From Thermoplasmatota archaeon (GTDB lineage: Archaea > Thermoplasmatota > Penumbrarchaeia > Penumbrarchaeales > Penumbrarchaeaceae), in contig JARVGK010000008.1 of NCBI GenBank assembly GCA_029762535.1, positions 42,529-106,528 of the forward strand: 64,000 nt of DNA. The letters run 5' to 3'. Shown here piece after piece: positions 37,580-46,810 of this stretch (positions are counted from its first letter, which is position 1; each line of letters opens with the position of its first letter). The notes beneath the pieces are model-generated. The model made no database searches and was not told where the DNA came from. It worked only from the letters and a program-made list of their open reading frames with translations. Made by a program: the position numbers and the translations under genes.

Positions 37580-38842
37580 GTGGCGCATACGGAAAATGAT
37601 GAATTGGACGAGGAAATGTTGAGAGAGAGCGCTTTTAGGATGTCAAAGGAATTGGGAATATCCCTGGACGAGGCCGAAAGGGCGGTCATGGCCCGCTCAG
37701 GTATCAGGCCGCAAAATAATGTCCGAAGCATTGGCTCGATCTCAGAGCTAACACCCGATCTCAGGGGTATCGCGCTGAAGGTCAGAGTGATATCCGTGAG
37801 CGAGGGGGTCCGAAGCGAGGGTAAAGGGATCTATCATTACGGATCACTGGGTGATTCCACAGGCGACATACCCTTCATCTCATGGAAGGATTTCCCCTTC
37901 CAACCGGGAGATGGCGTTCTAATCAGTAATTGCTCGACCAGGCAATACGCCGGAAGGGTAGAGGTCGTGATCGGTGAGACCACGGATCTTAACAGTATCG
38001 ACGATACGACGGGACTAATGCCCCCTGTTGACGATGTCGTCCCGATGAGGATCTCAGAGCTCACCGATGGATTGAGGAACGTCGATGTACTTGGCAGGGC
38101 CGATGAACTCCACGAGGTCAGTGTAAATGTGAAAGGTAACCCGAGGATGATAGTCAACGGGATCCTCCTTGATGGAAGCGGACGTATCGGCTTTACATGC
38201 TGGGGCCCCATTGAAATGACCCAAGGCGGATGTTACAGGATAGTTGGAGGCAACATACGAACCTATCGCGGAAGCCTGAAGCTGAACTTCGATCCTGGAG
38301 CGATAGTCAAACGACTTCCGGACGATGTTATACCCCCTATGGAGGAACTGACAAGACCGGTCCCTTTCAGGGTCCATCTGATCGATGAGGGCTTCATACC
38401 CGGACCGGTGATCCTTCGTGGGATCGTTATCGATGTAAGACCAGGGTCCGGACTCGTCAGGAAATGCGTAGAATGCGGCCGCAGGTTGCACAAGGGTCAG
38501 TGCTCCGTCCACGGAACGGTCGAGGGCGAGGACGATCTCCGTCTAAGGGCCGTCCTGGATGATGGTTCTGGCACGATCATGGCAAGGGCTGGAAGGGATA
38601 TCGTCGAATCGATCATGGGCCGCTCCATGTCATCCATACTGGAAGAGGCCAGGAATAACATGTCCTCCGATCTCGTAATTGAGGAGCTAAGAGAGATCCT
38701 CGTGGGTCACTGCTGGACCATCTCCGGCGATCCCGGGTCGGACGACTATGGACCCAGTCTGTACATATCCAGCATAAAGCCCGGCCTGGACGGCTCGCTC
38801 CTTACCGATGAGATAATGGCCATGGCGGAGGTGCTGCTATGA
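37580..38842 (+). CDS. Replication protein A, large subunit (OB folds plus Zn finger); start uncertain
   Basis: Repeated ISEL...LGDSTG / LLDGSG / LDDGSG OB folds; CVEC-x8-CSVH zinc finger. Confidence 0.9.
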   Translation: MAHTENDELDEEMLRESAFRMSKELGISLDEAERAVMARSGIRPQNNVRSIGSISELTPDLRGIALKVRVISVSEGVRSEGKGIYHYGSLGDSTGDIPFISWKDFPFQPGDGVLISNCSTRQYAGRVEVVIGETTDLNSIDDTTGLMPPVDDVVPMRISELTDGLRNVDVLGRADELHEVSVNVKGNPRMIVNGILLDGSGRIGFTCWGPIEMTQGGCYRIVGGNIRTYRGSLKLNFDPGAIVKRLPDDVIPPMEELTRPVPFRVHLIDEGFIPGPVILRGIVIDVRPGSGLVRKCVECGRRLHKGQCSVHGTVEGEDDLRLRAVLDDGSGTIMARAGRDIVESIMGRSMSSILEEARNNMSSDLVIEELREILVGHCWTISGDPGSDDYGPSLYISSIKPGLDGSLLTDEIMAMAEVLL

Positions 38843-39684
38843 GGCGAAGGGAGACAGCGCATCCACTGTTAATAGCGGACCTGCTTTCCGCCCGGGAAGT
38901 GAGGTCCGGGGAGGATGAAGGAGGGATGACCCGATATGAGACCCCTTCCGGGGCCTCTATCTTCCGTGCATGGATATCCGGTGTTCTGATGGAAAGGGAG
39001 AACATTGGCACTGAGGACTCCCCCCTATACAGAATGCGAGTTGCTGACCCGACAGGAGGGATCACGCTCATATCTGGAAAGTTCAATCAGGACCTTTTGA
39101 ACGTATCCGGCTCCATACCATGCCCCTCCTTCATTTCGGTGATCGGAAAGGTAAAGACGTTCAAAGGAAGAGGGGGGGAATCGGTGATCTCGATCAACCC
39201 GGAGATCATCACGGCCATCGACCGACAGGAGAGACAGGACATACTGCTCCTTTCCATCAGGGAGGCGCTCTCAAGGATCTGGAGCATCACCGAGAGAGGG
39301 CCCAATCCGATGCGTTCGGCATCGGTACCGCAACCACAAAAAGATATCAGCGATGTGGAATTGGAGGATAAGCTCAGGGACATGCTCTTGAGGTCCATGG
39401 AGGCCTATGACAAAGGTTTCTATTCAGCTCTGATCGAGAGGGGAAGGTCCGAGGGCCTTGCCACGGCCCATGAGGATGATATCGACCCACTGGAAGGTTA
39501 CGAGGATGATGTCCTGGATATGATAAGGAGCCTGGATTCCGGAAAGGGGGCCAGATGGGATTCCGTCATCGACCTGATAGACAAAAAGAGGCTGTCCAGA
39601 GATATCATCGAGGAGGTCATCTCCAATCTTCTGGACAAAGGTCTCCTATACGAACCAATGCTCGGATACCTGAAAGCAATATGA
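38839..39684 (+). CDS. RPA32-like / RPA-associated protein (OB fold plus C-terminal winged helix)
   Basis: MRRRETA, TPSGA..FRAWISGVL, RVADPTG, INPE and LLDKGLLYEP; ATGA coupling to the RPA gene. Confidence 0.87.
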   Translation: MRRRETAHPLLIADLLSAREVRSGEDEGGMTRYETPSGASIFRAWISGVLMERENIGTEDSPLYRMRVADPTGGITLISGKFNQDLLNVSGSIPCPSFISVIGKVKTFKGRGGESVISINPEIITAIDRQERQDILLLSIREALSRIWSITERGPNPMRSASVPQPQKDISDVELEDKLRDMLLRSMEAYDKGFYSALIERGRSEGLATAHEDDIDPLEGYEDDVLDMIRSLDSGKGARWDSVIDLIDKKRLSRDIIEEVISNLLDKGLLYEPMLGYLKAI

Positions 39685-39737
39685 TATGTTCGTATACATA
39701 TGAATGTTTGATATACCTAAATCCTTTTCTCCACCCG

Positions 39738-41756
39738 ATGTCGGAGAACAGATGCATATTCATAGGAGCTGCGTGGCCCTACGCCAATGGGGACCTTCAC
39801 CTAGGCCATATAGCGGGATGCCTTCTTCCCGCCGATATCTTCGCCAGATACTGCAGGCTAAGAGGATACGATGTCCTTTTCGTATCGGGGTCGGATATGC
39901 ATGGAACCCCTATCACGGTCACCGCAGACAAGGAGCGGATCTCCCCGGAGGAGGTCGCAATGAGGAGCCATCGATCGATAGAGCGCACAATATCCCAGTT
40001 GGACATCACCTACGATCTTTACACGATGACCCATTCCGAGCATCACTTCAAAGTAGTTCAGGAAATTTTCAAGACCCTTCTCTCCAAGGGGTGGATCGAT
40101 AAAAGGGTCGAACAGGCTCCTTTCTGTCCAACCTGTTCCAAGTTCATGCCGGACAGGTATATCGAAGGAACCTGCCCACACTGCGGTTCCAAGGATGCAA
40201 GAGGCGATCAATGCGACGGCTGCGGTACGGTCTTGGACCCAAAGGAGCTTATAATGCCCAGGTGCAAGCTATGCTCCGATACACCGATTTTCAAGGATAC
40301 CGAGCATTTCTACCTTCTTCTGAGCAAAATGGAACCATCCATCAGGGCATTCGTTGAGGAGAACAAGCACCGATGGAGGCCGAACACGCGCAACAACACC
40401 GAGAACTTCCTATCCAAGGGTCTGAAGGACAGGGCGATAACCCGCGACCTCAAATGGGGAGTTCCCATACCACTGTATGGATACGGTGATAAATGCATTT
40501 ACGTATGGTTCGAGGCCGTATGCGGTTACCTTTCCGCCTCAATTGAACACTCGATAAGTAAAGGGGACCCAAACGGATACGAGCGCTTCTGGAAGATGGA
40601 AAAATGCAGGCATTACTATTTCCTCGCGAAGGACAACATACCATTCCACACGATCATCTGGCCCGCCATTCTTCTCGGTGTTGGGGGCCTCGATCTGCCG
40701 TATGACGTCCCATCCAACGAATACCTGCAGTGGGACGGGTCGCAGTTCTCCAAATCCAGAGGACATGGGGTTACCGTCAACGATTTCCTCGAGGAATACG
40801 ATGTGGACCCTCTCAGATTCTATCTCTCAACGAACATGCCGGAAAGATCGGATTCCAACTTCGACCTTGATGAGTTCATTCAGAAGAACAATACGGAGTT
40901 GCTCGGCGCGGTCGGCAATTACCTTCACAGAGTGACCTCCTTCATACATTCGAACTATGGATGTGTCCCGCCTTTGAGCGCTCCTTCGCCAGAGGACAAG
41001 AGGATCCTTAATATTGCCAGGGAAAGGTACGTTGAGGCCCTTGATTCCATGGAGGAGGTGCGTCTTAAGGACGGAATTAGATCAATGATGGCCCTTGTGA
41101 ACGAGGCGAACAGGTACTTCAACGACATGGCGCCTTGGAAGCTCATCAAGACCGATAAGGGGAGGTGCGGGACAGTGATGGCCACTGCCCTATGTGTGGG
41201 CAGGACCATCTCTTTCGGGCTGTATCCCTATATACCCCATTCGATGAAAGCCTGGTGCAGGATGATCGGGATTAAAGAGCCATCGGGATCCCTATGGAGC
41301 GAAGGCCTTGAGCCAATACCTGCTGGCCTTGAAATCGTCAAGCCTTCTCCATTGTTCAAGAGGATCGAGAAGAGGACGGTCGAAGAAAGTATGGACGAGA
41401 AGGAGGAAGAACGAATGGAACAGGAAACGAAGCACGTATCTTTCGAGGACTTCATGAAAATGGAACTGAGAGTAGGATTCGTCAGGGAGATCAGCGAACA
41501 TCCCAACGCGGACAAACTCTACGTCCTGAAGGTCGATATTGGAGAGGGCAGTCCGAGACAGATAGTGGCCGGTCTCAAAGAGCATTACGAAGCGAAGGAC
41601 ATACTCGGGAAGTGGATCATCATTGTCTCCAACCTGAAGCCAGCGATGATGCGTGGGATCGAGTCCAATGGAATGCTTCTCGCCGCTGAAGGTGATGGAA
41701 CGGTATCCCTGCTTACCGTTGACAGGGACGTGAGACCAGGTTCTCGGATACATTAA
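39738..41756 (+). CDS. metG: Methionine--tRNA ligase with C-terminal tRNA-binding domain
   Basis: WPYANGDLHLGH, Zn knuckles, YVWFEA, KDNIPFH, QFSKS, HPNADKLY. Confidence 0.97.
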   Translation: MSENRCIFIGAAWPYANGDLHLGHIAGCLLPADIFARYCRLRGYDVLFVSGSDMHGTPITVTADKERISPEEVAMRSHRSIERTISQLDITYDLYTMTHSEHHFKVVQEIFKTLLSKGWIDKRVEQAPFCPTCSKFMPDRYIEGTCPHCGSKDARGDQCDGCGTVLDPKELIMPRCKLCSDTPIFKDTEHFYLLLSKMEPSIRAFVEENKHRWRPNTRNNTENFLSKGLKDRAITRDLKWGVPIPLYGYGDKCIYVWFEAVCGYLSASIEHSISKGDPNGYERFWKMEKCRHYYFLAKDNIPFHTIIWPAILLGVGGLDLPYDVPSNEYLQWDGSQFSKSRGHGVTVNDFLEEYDVDPLRFYLSTNMPERSDSNFDLDEFIQKNNTELLGAVGNYLHRVTSFIHSNYGCVPPLSAPSPEDKRILNIARERYVEALDSMEEVRLKDGIRSMMALVNEANRYFNDMAPWKLIKTDKGRCGTVMATALCVGRTISFGLYPYIPHSMKAWCRMIGIKEPSGSLWSEGLEPIPAGLEIVKPSPLFKRIEKRTVEESMDEKEEERMEQETKHVSFEDFMKMELRVGFVREISEHPNADKLYVLKVDIGEGSPRQIVAGLKEHYEAKDILGKWIIIVSNLKPAMMRGIESNGMLLAAEGDGTVSLLTVDRDVRPGSRIH

Positions 41757-43096
41757 GCGAACATTCCGAGGACGCCCTTGCCTTTCTCATTGAACATCCC
41801 GCTCGGGCTCGATGCGCCTTCTATCACCTTTCTAACAGCCCTTTTCAGATCATCCATGTTCACCGCCCTCCTATGAGCGCGTATCGCGAACATTCCAGCC
41901 TCCGTACAGCAGGATTTTATCTGAGCGCCGTTGAATCCATCGGTGATCAGGGAAACGGCCTCAAGGGAAACCTCTGGATCGAGGTTCATACGCCTCGTAT
42001 GGACCTTGAATATCTCGATACGCGAGGTAAGGTCCGGCAAGGGGATCTCTACTATCCGATCTATACGGCCGGGTCTTAGTATGGCCGGATCCAATATGTC
42101 AGGCCTGTTCGTGGCCGCTATTATCCTCACATCACCTAGTGGGTCGAATCCGTCGAGCTCCGCCAGAAGCTGTATCAACGTTCGATAGACCTCTCTATCC
42201 GCTGATGTGGACGAATCCGTTCTGCTTCCGGCTATCGAATCGATCTCGTCTAGGAAAATTATACTGGGGGACCTCTCCCTGGCGAACTGAAAAAGCTCCC
42301 TTACCATACGACTCCCTTCACCGATGTACTTCTGTACCAGTTCGCTCCCCACCATTCTGAGGAATGTCGCCCTTGTGGCATTGGCTATTGCCTTGGCTAT
42401 CAGGGTCTTTCCGCATCCCGGGGGCCCTATCAGAAGAACTCCTTTTGGCGGGTCTATGCCCACCACCCTGAAAGATTCGGGATCCAATAGTGGAAGTTCT
42501 ATGACCTCCCTCAGCTCATCTATCTGCGGCTCCAGACCTCCAATATCATCAAAGGTCACCTCGGGCCTCGTCTCGAGTTCGGACGCACCGACGAGGGGGT
42601 CCCTAGAGGAGGGTAGGATGGAAATGATGGACATGGTGTCCTTGTTCATTGACACCTTAACCCCTGGTTTGAGGGCCTCCTTGGATATAGATGAGGATGA
42701 TCTGACCAGGAAAGAAGGCCCAGCTGTCGTGGAAACAATGGCCTGATCCTCCCCGTAAGCTTCGATAATGGTTCCAACGATGAGGGGGGGGGACTTCATC
42801 CTGTTTAGCTCAGCGTTCAGAGACATTATCTTCGAGTCCATTCGCATTACCTTGTTCTGCAGGTATCTTCTCTCCTCATCTATTCGGAGGGCCTCCCTCT
42901 TCCAGGGATTGTTATCATCCTCCCAGGCAAGCTGCTTCATCTCGCCCTCCCAGCTCCTGTATCCGGGGCGGTCCTGAGGAAGATCACCATGAGCCAGCGC
43001 ATTATCCCTCCAAACTTCATCCTCCGATATGGGAACATCGGATGGTTCGGTATCCTCGGTTGATCCTTCATTTGCTTTCCTGGCCTTTTCGGTCAT
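41753..43096 (-). CDS. pan: Proteasome-activating nucleotidase
   Basis: Coiled coil-SPPLIVG-OB, GPPGCGKT, VQKYIGEG, DEID, RPGRIDR; C-terminal HbYX-like MFA. Confidence 0.92.
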   Translation of the reverse strand: MTEKARKANEGSTEDTEPSDVPISEDEVWRDNALAHGDLPQDRPGYRSWEGEMKQLAWEDDNNPWKREALRIDEERRYLQNKVMRMDSKIMSLNAELNRMKSPPLIVGTIIEAYGEDQAIVSTTAGPSFLVRSSSSISKEALKPGVKVSMNKDTMSIISILPSSRDPLVGASELETRPEVTFDDIGGLEPQIDELREVIELPLLDPESFRVVGIDPPKGVLLIGPPGCGKTLIAKAIANATRATFLRMVGSELVQKYIGEGSRMVRELFQFARERSPSIIFLDEIDSIAGSRTDSSTSADREVYRTLIQLLAELDGFDPLGDVRIIAATNRPDILDPAILRPGRIDRIVEIPLPDLTSRIEIFKVHTRRMNLDPEVSLEAVSLITDGFNGAQIKSCCTEAGMFAIRAHRRAVNMDDLKRAVRKVIEGASSPSGMFNEKGKGVLGMFA

Positions 43097-43211
43097 TTTC
43101 CATTCTCCAGCATAGAGGCATGATTTACAGGTTATCTTAAGTTTTTCCCGAGATTTGGCATATGGAACTCGCATGACAGATAACTTTAATAAATCATAAC
43201 TTTTTGCCCGA

Positions 43212-43868
43212 ATGGGTGAGATCCTGTACGAGGCCGTCCTTTCCGTCAATCTGAGTGAGAGTTGGATAGGTAAAACGATGAGGATGCTGCCGGTTTCTAT
43301 CAGCGTACTCGACAGCATACCCCTCGACGAGAAAGGTGTCGAGGACCTGGTCGAGGTCAAGCTAAATTCCACATCGATAGACATTCTCGAGTCCACTGTC
43401 AAGGATATCAAGGGAGTCGATTTCGTCAAGGTGAGCAAGGTGGACCTGGACAAGGTGATAATGATCGTCGGGGTCCAGGGCTGCGTAGGATGCCGGACCA
43501 TAATTGAATCCGGATGCTTTCTCATATCAGCTAACTCCACTACCGACGGTTGGATAGAATGGAAACTTATAATGAACGAGAAACTTCAGCTGCAGAATCT
43601 GGTCTCTCATCTCAACGACCATGGAGTGGACAACAGGCTGATTCTGATCCAGCCCGTGGACGACAAGGAATCCCTGACCGCGAGGCAGGAGAGGATCATC
43701 AAGACGGCCCTTGAACGGGGTTATTACGATTTCCCGAAAAGGATAGGCATCCGAGAGCTTGCCAGACTGTTCAATATATCCACGGCATCGGTCTCAGAGA
43801 CCCTAAGGAGAGGGCAGAAGAAGATAATCGAACAGTATTTCAAAGGTAAAGGGGAAAAGCTCAACTGA
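43212..43868 (+). CDS. HTH_10 (Bat-type) transcriptional regulator
   Basis: LTARQERIIKTALERGYYDFPKRIGIRELA...SETLRRG; N-terminal domain with CVGC. Confidence 0.9.
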   Translation: MGEILYEAVLSVNLSESWIGKTMRMLPVSISVLDSIPLDEKGVEDLVEVKLNSTSIDILESTVKDIKGVDFVKVSKVDLDKVIMIVGVQGCVGCRTIIESGCFLISANSTTDGWIEWKLIMNEKLQLQNLVSHLNDHGVDNRLILIQPVDDKESLTARQERIIKTALERGYYDFPKRIGIRELARLFNISTASVSETLRRGQKKIIEQYFKGKGEKLN

Positions 43869-43939
43869 ATAATTCGGTGTGAGATACTTATACTATGGGC
43901 GTTCTGATTATAGATACCATTGAAAAAGGGGTCGTTCAT

Positions 43940-45109
43940 TTGAGATCCGTTTACCTCGATTCGAACTCCGGCATGCCAATGTGGCCCGAGGTAATATCCT
44001 CGATGCTGCCGTACATGTCAGAACATTACGGCAACACTTCATCCATTCACGCCATGGGCAACGAGCCAAAGAAGGCGATGGAGATGGCGAGGTCACATGT
44101 CGCCGAACTGATCGGGGCGGATCCGACCGAGGTCATCTTCACTTCAGGAGCCACCGAGGCTGTGAATCTGGCACTGCGCGGAAGCACGGAAACCGCCTCA
44201 GAGGGGAAAAAAGGCATCATATATTCACAGGCGGATCACAGAACGGTCACGGCCACGGCTGAGGACCTATCCCGAAAAGGTGTAAGAACCGCCATGATGC
44301 CCCTCGATCACCTGGGAGCTATCAAGCTGAAGGAGGCCGTTTCCATAATGGACCAAGGGGGATTTCACCTACTGAGCATGCCTTTCGCCAGCCAGGAGGT
44401 GGGAACGTTCCAGCCCGTCGAGGACCTTGTCAAGGAGGCGGCCGAGAGAGAGGTTCTGGTACACCTGGACCTTACCAGGTCAGCCTTCCAGGTACCCATC
44501 GATGTTAAGAAGCAAGGTATCGACCTTGCAACCATATCCTCGAACGATCTACTCGGACCAAAAGGGGTCGGGGCCCTTTACATCAAGAAGGGCGTCAGGC
44601 TCAAACCCATCCTGACCGGGGGAGGTCATGAAAGGGCCCTAAGGAGCGGGTCCGAGAACATACCAGGGATCTATGGCATGGGAAAGGCCGCCTCGATCGT
44701 AAAGAAGAGGATGGGAGATTATGTCCCCCAAATGGAGCGGGTGAGGGATGCCCTCATCGATGGGCTTCTAAGGATCGAGAACACGCATCTGAACGGAAAC
44801 ATGAAAATGAGGCTACCAAATAATGCCAACGTACGATTCGATTTCATCGAAGGTGAATCCATACTATTGATGTTGGACCTGAACGGCATACAGGCCGCAT
44901 CCGGCTCCGCATGCTCCTCCAAAACGCTGGAGCCTTCCCCGACCCTAATGGCCATGGGGCTCAAGCACGAAGAGGCCCACGGATCGATACAGATGACATT
45001 GAATCCCAATACCACCATTGATGATATCCAATACGTTCTCGAGGTGGTACCCGGGATAGTAGAGAACCTCAGGGAGATGTCGCCCTTGTACAATAGAATA
45101 GGTGATTGA
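43940..45109 (+). CDS. iscS: IscS/NifS-family protein lacking the canonical PLP Lys
   Basis: YLD, FTSGATEA, GPKGVGALY, RSGSENIPG and SGSACSS; SSND replaces SxHK; TTG start after AAGGGG. Confidence 0.9.
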   Translation: MRSVYLDSNSGMPMWPEVISSMLPYMSEHYGNTSSIHAMGNEPKKAMEMARSHVAELIGADPTEVIFTSGATEAVNLALRGSTETASEGKKGIIYSQADHRTVTATAEDLSRKGVRTAMMPLDHLGAIKLKEAVSIMDQGGFHLLSMPFASQEVGTFQPVEDLVKEAAEREVLVHLDLTRSAFQVPIDVKKQGIDLATISSNDLLGPKGVGALYIKKGVRLKPILTGGGHERALRSGSENIPGIYGMGKAASIVKKRMGDYVPQMERVRDALIDGLLRIENTHLNGNMKMRLPNNANVRFDFIEGESILLMLDLNGIQAASGSACSSKTLEPSPTLMAMGLKHEEAHGSIQMTLNPNTTIDDIQYVLEVVPGIVENLREMSPLYNRIGD

Positions 45110-45556
45110 ATGTCCAGGATCGAGTATTCGAAGAAAGTTATGGAGCATTTCACAAATCCGAGAAATGTGGGAACCGTAGACGACGCCGACGGGATAGGGA
45201 CCGTTGGAAATCCAGTATGCGGCGACATGATGGAGATCTCTTTGAAGGTCGAGGACGGCAGGATAGAGGACATCAAGTTCAGGACCTTTGGTTGCGCATC
45301 GGCCATCGCGACCACATCCATGCTGACGGAGATCATCAAGGGGAAGACGATCGAGGAGGCTGAAAATATCAGCTGGGACGATGTGGTCAAGTCCCTTGAC
45401 GGCCTACCCCCTGTCAAGGTCCACTGCTCGCATCTGGCCATCGACGGATTGAGAAAGGCGCTGTACGAATACTACAGGAAACGCCAGATATACAGGCCCG
45501 ATCTCATTCCAAAGGATGAGGAGAGCCATCACGAAAGCAGCCCCGAATGCGAATAA
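45110..45556 (+). CDS. iscU: Fe-S cluster scaffold IscU/NifU
   Basis: YSKKVMEHFTNPRN, NPVCGD, FGCASAIA and LPPVKVHC. Confidence 0.96.
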   Translation: MSRIEYSKKVMEHFTNPRNVGTVDDADGIGTVGNPVCGDMMEISLKVEDGRIEDIKFRTFGCASAIATTSMLTEIIKGKTIEEAENISWDDVVKSLDGLPPVKVHCSHLAIDGLRKALYEYYRKRQIYRPDLIPKDEESHHESSPECE

Positions 45557-45597
45557 CGACCATTCCTCCTGGGCAAATATATTATCCTCGCTTAACC

Positions 45598-45963
45598 ATG
45601 ACACCAACGATGTCCATAGGCAGGTCTCCCCAGTTCAAGGATGAAGAGGTTGCGCGAACCACGAAAAAAAGCGTCAAACTACCTCTCGATCTTTTCAGGC
45701 GTATCCTCTCCGGTGTGTTGATCACTCTATGCCTTGTCCTTACACTCATCGGGCTCTCAGAAATCATAGTATTCCTTCTGGACCGGATCAATGGTGTGGA
45801 CAATTACGTATCATGGGAGAAGAGCTTCATAATCCCATGGGTACTCTCCGCCTTTACCCTTGCCATCTTTTTCCTGCTCAATATCAAAAGGTTCTTGGGT
45901 TCAAGATATGAAAGGGGATCGAAGCCCAGTACAGGCAGGATCGAGATCCCTGAACTCGATTGA
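45598..45963 (+). CDS. Small two-TM membrane protein
   Basis: Two hydrophobic helices; TATA-like element upstream; start could be 45610. Confidence 0.65.
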   Translation: MTPTMSIGRSPQFKDEEVARTTKKSVKLPLDLFRRILSGVLITLCLVLTLIGLSEIIVFLLDRINGVDNYVSWEKSFIIPWVLSAFTLAIFFLLNIKRFLGSRYERGSKPSTGRIEIPELD

Positions 45964-45976
45964 TAGATGAGCGTAA

Positions 45977-46714
45977 TCAAGCACTCTCTATCCTCGGGGC
46001 CAACAGGTATCTCACCTTTCCCAGCCCATCAGAGAACTCGAACTCGATCTTGAGTGGATAACTGTTACCTATGTGCAACATTATGTCGCGGTTGGTGCCA
46101 ACGCCCTTCATCAATTGGGAGAAATAATCCAGGGAAAATGAGCTCTTCGCAGTGCCCTCGAACTTCTCCTCGATGTATTCGGACCCTTTCTTCAGTTCAA
46201 GGGTCATGGATGAGAGGTCCTCGGTCGAGGTTATGACCAGCTTGTCCTCCGTGCAGTTGAACGTCAGATAGTCCGAGATCGACTGCGAGGCCTTCAAACC
46301 CTTCTGAAGCTCCGCTGAATTGAGTTTAAGGGATACGGGTAGGGAAAGGTTCGGCACTTTGGGGTCCGAGAATCCAGAGGAATCCACAAGAGGGAACTTC
46401 AACGTGAGGTTGGACATGCTCACGATCATCCGGTTGTCCTGGTCCAATTTCATCATTATCTCCTCATCGGCCTTTGCCGATTTGAGATGATCGAGCAATC
46501 TCTCGACGTTCAATCCTAGCTCGAGCGGTTCCACGTTGTAATCCTCAAAGGCTCCGTAGCTCAGTTCGAGGTCGACCATGGCAACATGGGCGGGGTCCAC
46601 GGCTCTGACCCTCCAGCCGTCCTTGTCGGCCACGAGCTTGATCTCCCCTGTTATGGGGGTCAGAATCGAGAAAACGTTCCTGAGAACTTCCGATTTCACT
46701 GTTATTTCGAACAT
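45977..46714 (-). CDS. pcn: DNA polymerase sliding clamp PCNA
   Basis: AVDPAHVAMV, SSFSLDYF, YPLKIEF and YLLAPRIE. Confidence 0.96.
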   Translation of the reverse strand: MFEITVKSEVLRNVFSILTPITGEIKLVADKDGWRVRAVDPAHVAMVDLELSYGAFEDYNVEPLELGLNVERLLDHLKSAKADEEIMMKLDQDNRMIVSMSNLTLKFPLVDSSGFSDPKVPNLSLPVSLKLNSAELQKGLKASQSISDYLTFNCTEDKLVITSTEDLSSMTLELKKGSEYIEEKFEGTAKSSFSLDYFSQLMKGVGTNRDIMLHIGNSYPLKIEFEFSDGLGKVRYLLAPRIESA

Positions 46715-46810
46715 GGTATGACCCGTTCCCTTCGGAAACATCCGGTGCTCCTAATTCAAGAGGGCTGTTATATATTTTATCATGGGGGGACCAAATCCAC
46801 TCTAAGGCTA

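Noticed and set aside
37351-37731. N-terminal extension of the 549-aa TPR ORF (similar over-extensions for pan, metG, glyA, purP, the HAD gene and the CARDB gene)
   Set aside because: Extensions overlap neighbouring genes or promoters; better RBS- or homology-supported starts lie downstream
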